In this document: positions 43,572-46,164 of the stretch, piece after piece
Layout: every line of letters begins with the position of its first letter
How positions within the stretch are numbered: position 1 is the stretch's first letter
From: Fibrobacteria bacterium
GTDB lineage: Bacteria > Fibrobacterota > Fibrobacteria > UBA11236
DNA length: 46,164 nt
Direction of reading: 5' to 3'
Assembly: GCA_043750055.1 (NCBI GenBank)
Contig: JAYVCH010000264.1
Span: 1 to 46,164 of the forward strand
The notes under the pieces: model-generated
The model's database searches: none
What the model was told of the DNA's origin: nothing
Seen by the model: only the letters and a program-made list of their open reading frames with translations
Translations under genes and position numbers: made by a program

Positions 43572-46164
43572 TCAGATATCACTCAACTCTGAAATGAGTG
43601 TAGTCACAATTGAATCAACGAGTTGAGAGTCATCCATTTTTTTATTCGCCGCGTCGGTGATATAAAATGAGTCCATCGCCTTATCGGCCTCGGTTGTTAG
43701 AATCGCACCATGCACTTTTAATTTCATTTCAGTGAAGACCTTGGTCACTTGATAAAGGAGACCAATCCGGTCGGAACAAGTGAGATCGACCGTGCTAAAA
43801 TTGTCCGAGATCGCGTTTGAGAACGTAACGGCGGGCTTCATACGCATGTCCCGCACTTTTCCAAACACGCTTTTTGGCTTCAGTCTTACTTGTAAATCAT
43901 GCAATTCTTCCCTCGAGAGCTTGAAGTTCTTCTCTAACTCCTGGATCAAACGATGTTCAACCGAACTGCTCGACAGTTTACCTTCGGGAACAGAAACCCA
44001 GAACTTATCTATGACTTTTCCATCGACACGAGTAAAAATTCTCGCGCTGAGAATGGAAAGTTCCAAACGGGTCAACGTTCCCGCTATCGTTCGTAAAAGT
44101 GCATCGTCATCGTTCGCAACCACCGTGATTTCCCAATGAGTGGGTCTTTCCAGAATGCGCGCATTGAATTTTTGAGTCTCCAATGATGACAGCAGGCCCA
44201 AATGGATAATAATGTCCTCGGGTGTAGTGGAAGAGGCATATTGGCGTGGTAACTGCTCCAAATGCGAGCGGACCTGCTGTTCTGAGACATGTTTAGAGAC
44301 GTTTTCAATGAGAAGGTCTTGTAGATTCTTGGATGCCAAGACTGCTTGGAATGGGCTCTGCATCTCCTCTAGCGCGGCATCATAGAGCTTTTGAAGTAAG
44401 GTAGCCTTCCAATTGGACCATGCATCGGGATGAACCGAAGATACGTCGCAATAAGTCAGCACATATAGTTTATGGAGGGTCGCGGGAGTTTCGACCTTGG
44501 TGATGAAGTCACGAATAGTCTTGGGATCATCAAGATCCCGCCTTTGGATAACTTCATTCATGATGAGATGGTAGAGAACCAGGTTGGACGCCTCTTTGCA
44601 TCGAGAGGGAGAGAATCCCATCTTTTCCATATACTCAAAAACCATTTTAGCGCCGCTGATACTGTGCTGCGGACCCACACCCTTCCCGATATCATGATAG
44701 AAGCAGGCCAATATCAACACTTCCATATCATTGACGAGAGAAAATGCCTTCTTCAAAGATTCCAATTGTTTATCGGTTTGTTTTCCCATGTAGGCCAGTT
44801 GCCGAACCACCGTGATTGTGTGCTCATCGGTGGTATAGATATGGTAGATGTCATGCTGACTATGGCAATAGATATGGTTGAAGTCGGGAATTAAAAGCCC
44901 TATGAGGTGAACATCGTTCATGCATCGCAGCATTCGACCCACTCGGTTTTCACCCTGACACAGTCTTAGGAATTCTGGTAGGTTAGCCTTAGTATCCAAA
45001 TTGGGTTGAGTGGAGAGAATGCTGACGGCCTGCTTTATGCGAAGGATGGCATGATGCGCAAAACCCAACCTACGTCGATTCGCGATCTCAAAATACTCCA
45101 ATACTAATCCAATATTGCCGACGAAGGGATTGCCGACGCGCGCTTTTAGATCCAATGCTCCATCCACGGTGTGAAAATGTGAATGGTCTTTAAGGATGGC
45201 GGGTTTACGGGATTTCTCTTTGGATTTAACCCATCTGGAAATCACCGCTTCCGTGACACGGAGTAGGGTCTTGGTATGGTGATAGAAGACTCGAAGGAAT
45301 ACTTCAACTGGTTTTTGGCTGCCATCTGCTTCAAAACCAAGTTCGGCGGCAACGTCTGGTTGTAAGGTAAAGGTGAGGTGATCGTCCTTCTTTTCTGTCA
45401 TGAAATGCAGACAGCAACGCACCTGGAGCAGGAAATCGTATCCGACTCGAATATCTTCGAGCTCCTGCGGCGTGATCAAGCCTTCGCGCACCAAATCGCC
45501 GAAGTTGTTGCAATCGTGTCGAACCTTCGCGATCCACATCATGGAATGCACATCACGCAAACAACCAATACCTTCTTTCAAATTTGGTTCAAGTAGCTGC
45601 ACAAGTGAGCCCAACTGACTTTTCCGATGTTCGCGTTCGGCGATTTTGGCTTCGATGAGTGCAGAAATACGCCATGGAAAAAGTCTTTTTCCCATGAGGT
45701 CGACAAACTTCCGGTAAAGGTCATGGTTGCCGGCTACAAAGCGTTCATTCAAAAAGGATGTCCAGGTTTCCGGATCCTTTGTAGAGGCTTCCTTGCACTG
45801 CGAGATGCTGCGTACGGAGCTTCCTAGAACAAATCCGAAGTCCCAAAAGTTTCGAACTATTCGTTCGGCCTGATCAATCTCGTGTTTAGAAGGCTTTTCA
45901 GAAGTCAAAATTAAAAGATCGATATCCGACTGCGGGCATAATTCACTGCGGCCATAACCGCCCACAGCAACAATCGCAACGAGGCATGCTTCATTGGGTT
46001 GGGTCATTTCAACTTGATCCCACATCACTCGAATCAAGGTATCGGCCATCTCACTGATGAAGCGAACGGTATCGGTTCCAGACAATCCATTGCGGTTGAT
46101 GGTTCGAATTCTTTCCCGATGTCGAGCTAGAACACCCTTGACTGAGGAAATGCGTTCACTTGGA
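43572..46164 (-). CDS. glnD: [Protein-PII] uridylyltransferase/uridylyl-removing enzyme; the N-terminus probably lies beyond the right edge
   Basis: It has the nucleotidyltransferase motif GGYGRSELCPQSDIDLLIL, the HD domain FYHDIGKG and two C-terminal ACT-like domains. The reading frame stays open from TTG 46085 to base 46163 (...ISSVKGVLARHRERIRTINRNG), so the ORF-track start is likely internal. Confidence 0.85.
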   Translation of the reverse strand, partial: PSERISSVKGVLARHRERIRTINRNGLSGTDTVRFISEMADTLIRVMWDQVEMTQPNEACLVAIVAVGGYGRSELCPQSDIDLLILTSEKPSKHEIDQAERIVRNFWDFGFVLGSSVRSISQCKEASTKDPETWTSFLNERFVAGNHDLYRKFVDLMGKRLFPWRISALIEAKIAEREHRKSQLGSLVQLLEPNLKEGIGCLRDVHSMMWIAKVRHDCNNFGDLVREGLITPQELEDIRVGYDFLLQVRCCLHFMTEKKDDHLTFTLQPDVAAELGFEADGSQKPVEVFLRVFYHHTKTLLRVTEAVISRWVKSKEKSRKPAILKDHSHFHTVDGALDLKARVGNPFVGNIGLVLEYFEIANRRRLGFAHHAILRIKQAVSILSTQPNLDTKANLPEFLRLCQGENRVGRMLRCMNDVHLIGLLIPDFNHIYCHSQHDIYHIYTTDEHTITVVRQLAYMGKQTDKQLESLKKAFSLVNDMEVLILACFYHDIGKGVGPQHSISGAKMVFEYMEKMGFSPSRCKEASNLVLYHLIMNEVIQRRDLDDPKTIRDFITKVETPATLHKLYVLTYCDVSSVHPDAWSNWKATLLQKLYDAALEEMQSPFQAVLASKNLQDLLIENVSKHVSEQQVRSHLEQLPRQYASSTTPEDIIIHLGLLSSLETQKFNARILERPTHWEITVVANDDDALLRTIAGTLTRLELSILSARIFTRVDGKVIDKFWVSVPEGKLSSSSVEHRLIQELEKNFKLSREELHDLQVRLKPKSVFGKVRDMRMKPAVTFSNAISDNFSTVDLTCSDRIGLLYQVTKVFTEMKLKVHGAILTTEADKAMDSFYITDAANKKMDDSQLVDSIVTTLISELSDI

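Noticed and set aside
1-46164. A scan for CRISPR repeats, IS or transposase genes, integrases, phage genes, toxin-antitoxin pairs, restriction-modification or other defence genes, and rRNA.
   Set aside because: None was seen. Every ORF of at least 60 aa that is not a shadow ORF is accounted for, and no regularly spaced direct repeats were noticed by eye. A computational repeat search is still advisable.

Overview
This is a dense, mostly core chromosomal segment from a Gram-negative-type bacterium. GGAGG-type ribosome-binding sites precede many genes. GC looks mid-range by eye but was not computed.

The centre of the window (11.3-24.7 kb, minus strand) is one co-directional respiratory supercluster. 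In transcription order it holds alternative complex III (actABCDEF plus a small membrane ORF), an SCO copper chaperone, a caa3-type cytochrome c oxidase (subunits II, I, III, IV; subunit I carries the A2-subtype YSHPAV motif) and one unassigned membrane protein. Directly upstream is a second minus-strand unit: nadA, a PfkB kinase, DUF420, heme A synthase and heme O synthase.

The flanks are housekeeping genes: aroD, korAB, a HAD phosphatase, miaB, a TPR/SPOR protein, RNase E/G, tRNA-Leu(CAA), panD, rsfS, argS and glnD. I saw no CRISPR array, IS/transposase, integrase, phage gene or recognisable defence gene.

Four things are least explained:
- A five-gene cluster at 6.4-11.2 kb: a TIGR02147-like protein, a lipoprotein, two exported proteins of unknown family (one with a caspase/gingipain-like His...Cys signature) and an ECF sigma factor with a C-terminal extension.
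- An ORF-track-invisible 28-codon Lys/Ala-rich ORF at 43199-43285, with a near-consensus promoter, strong RBS and strong terminator.
- A perfect 16-bp-arm inverted repeat in the 412-bp gap upstream of the ACIII operon.
- Two unassigned membrane proteins embedded in the respiratory operon.

Both window edges cut real genes that the ORF track misses (left) or truncates (right). All family calls come from motif recognition by eye; no searches were run.
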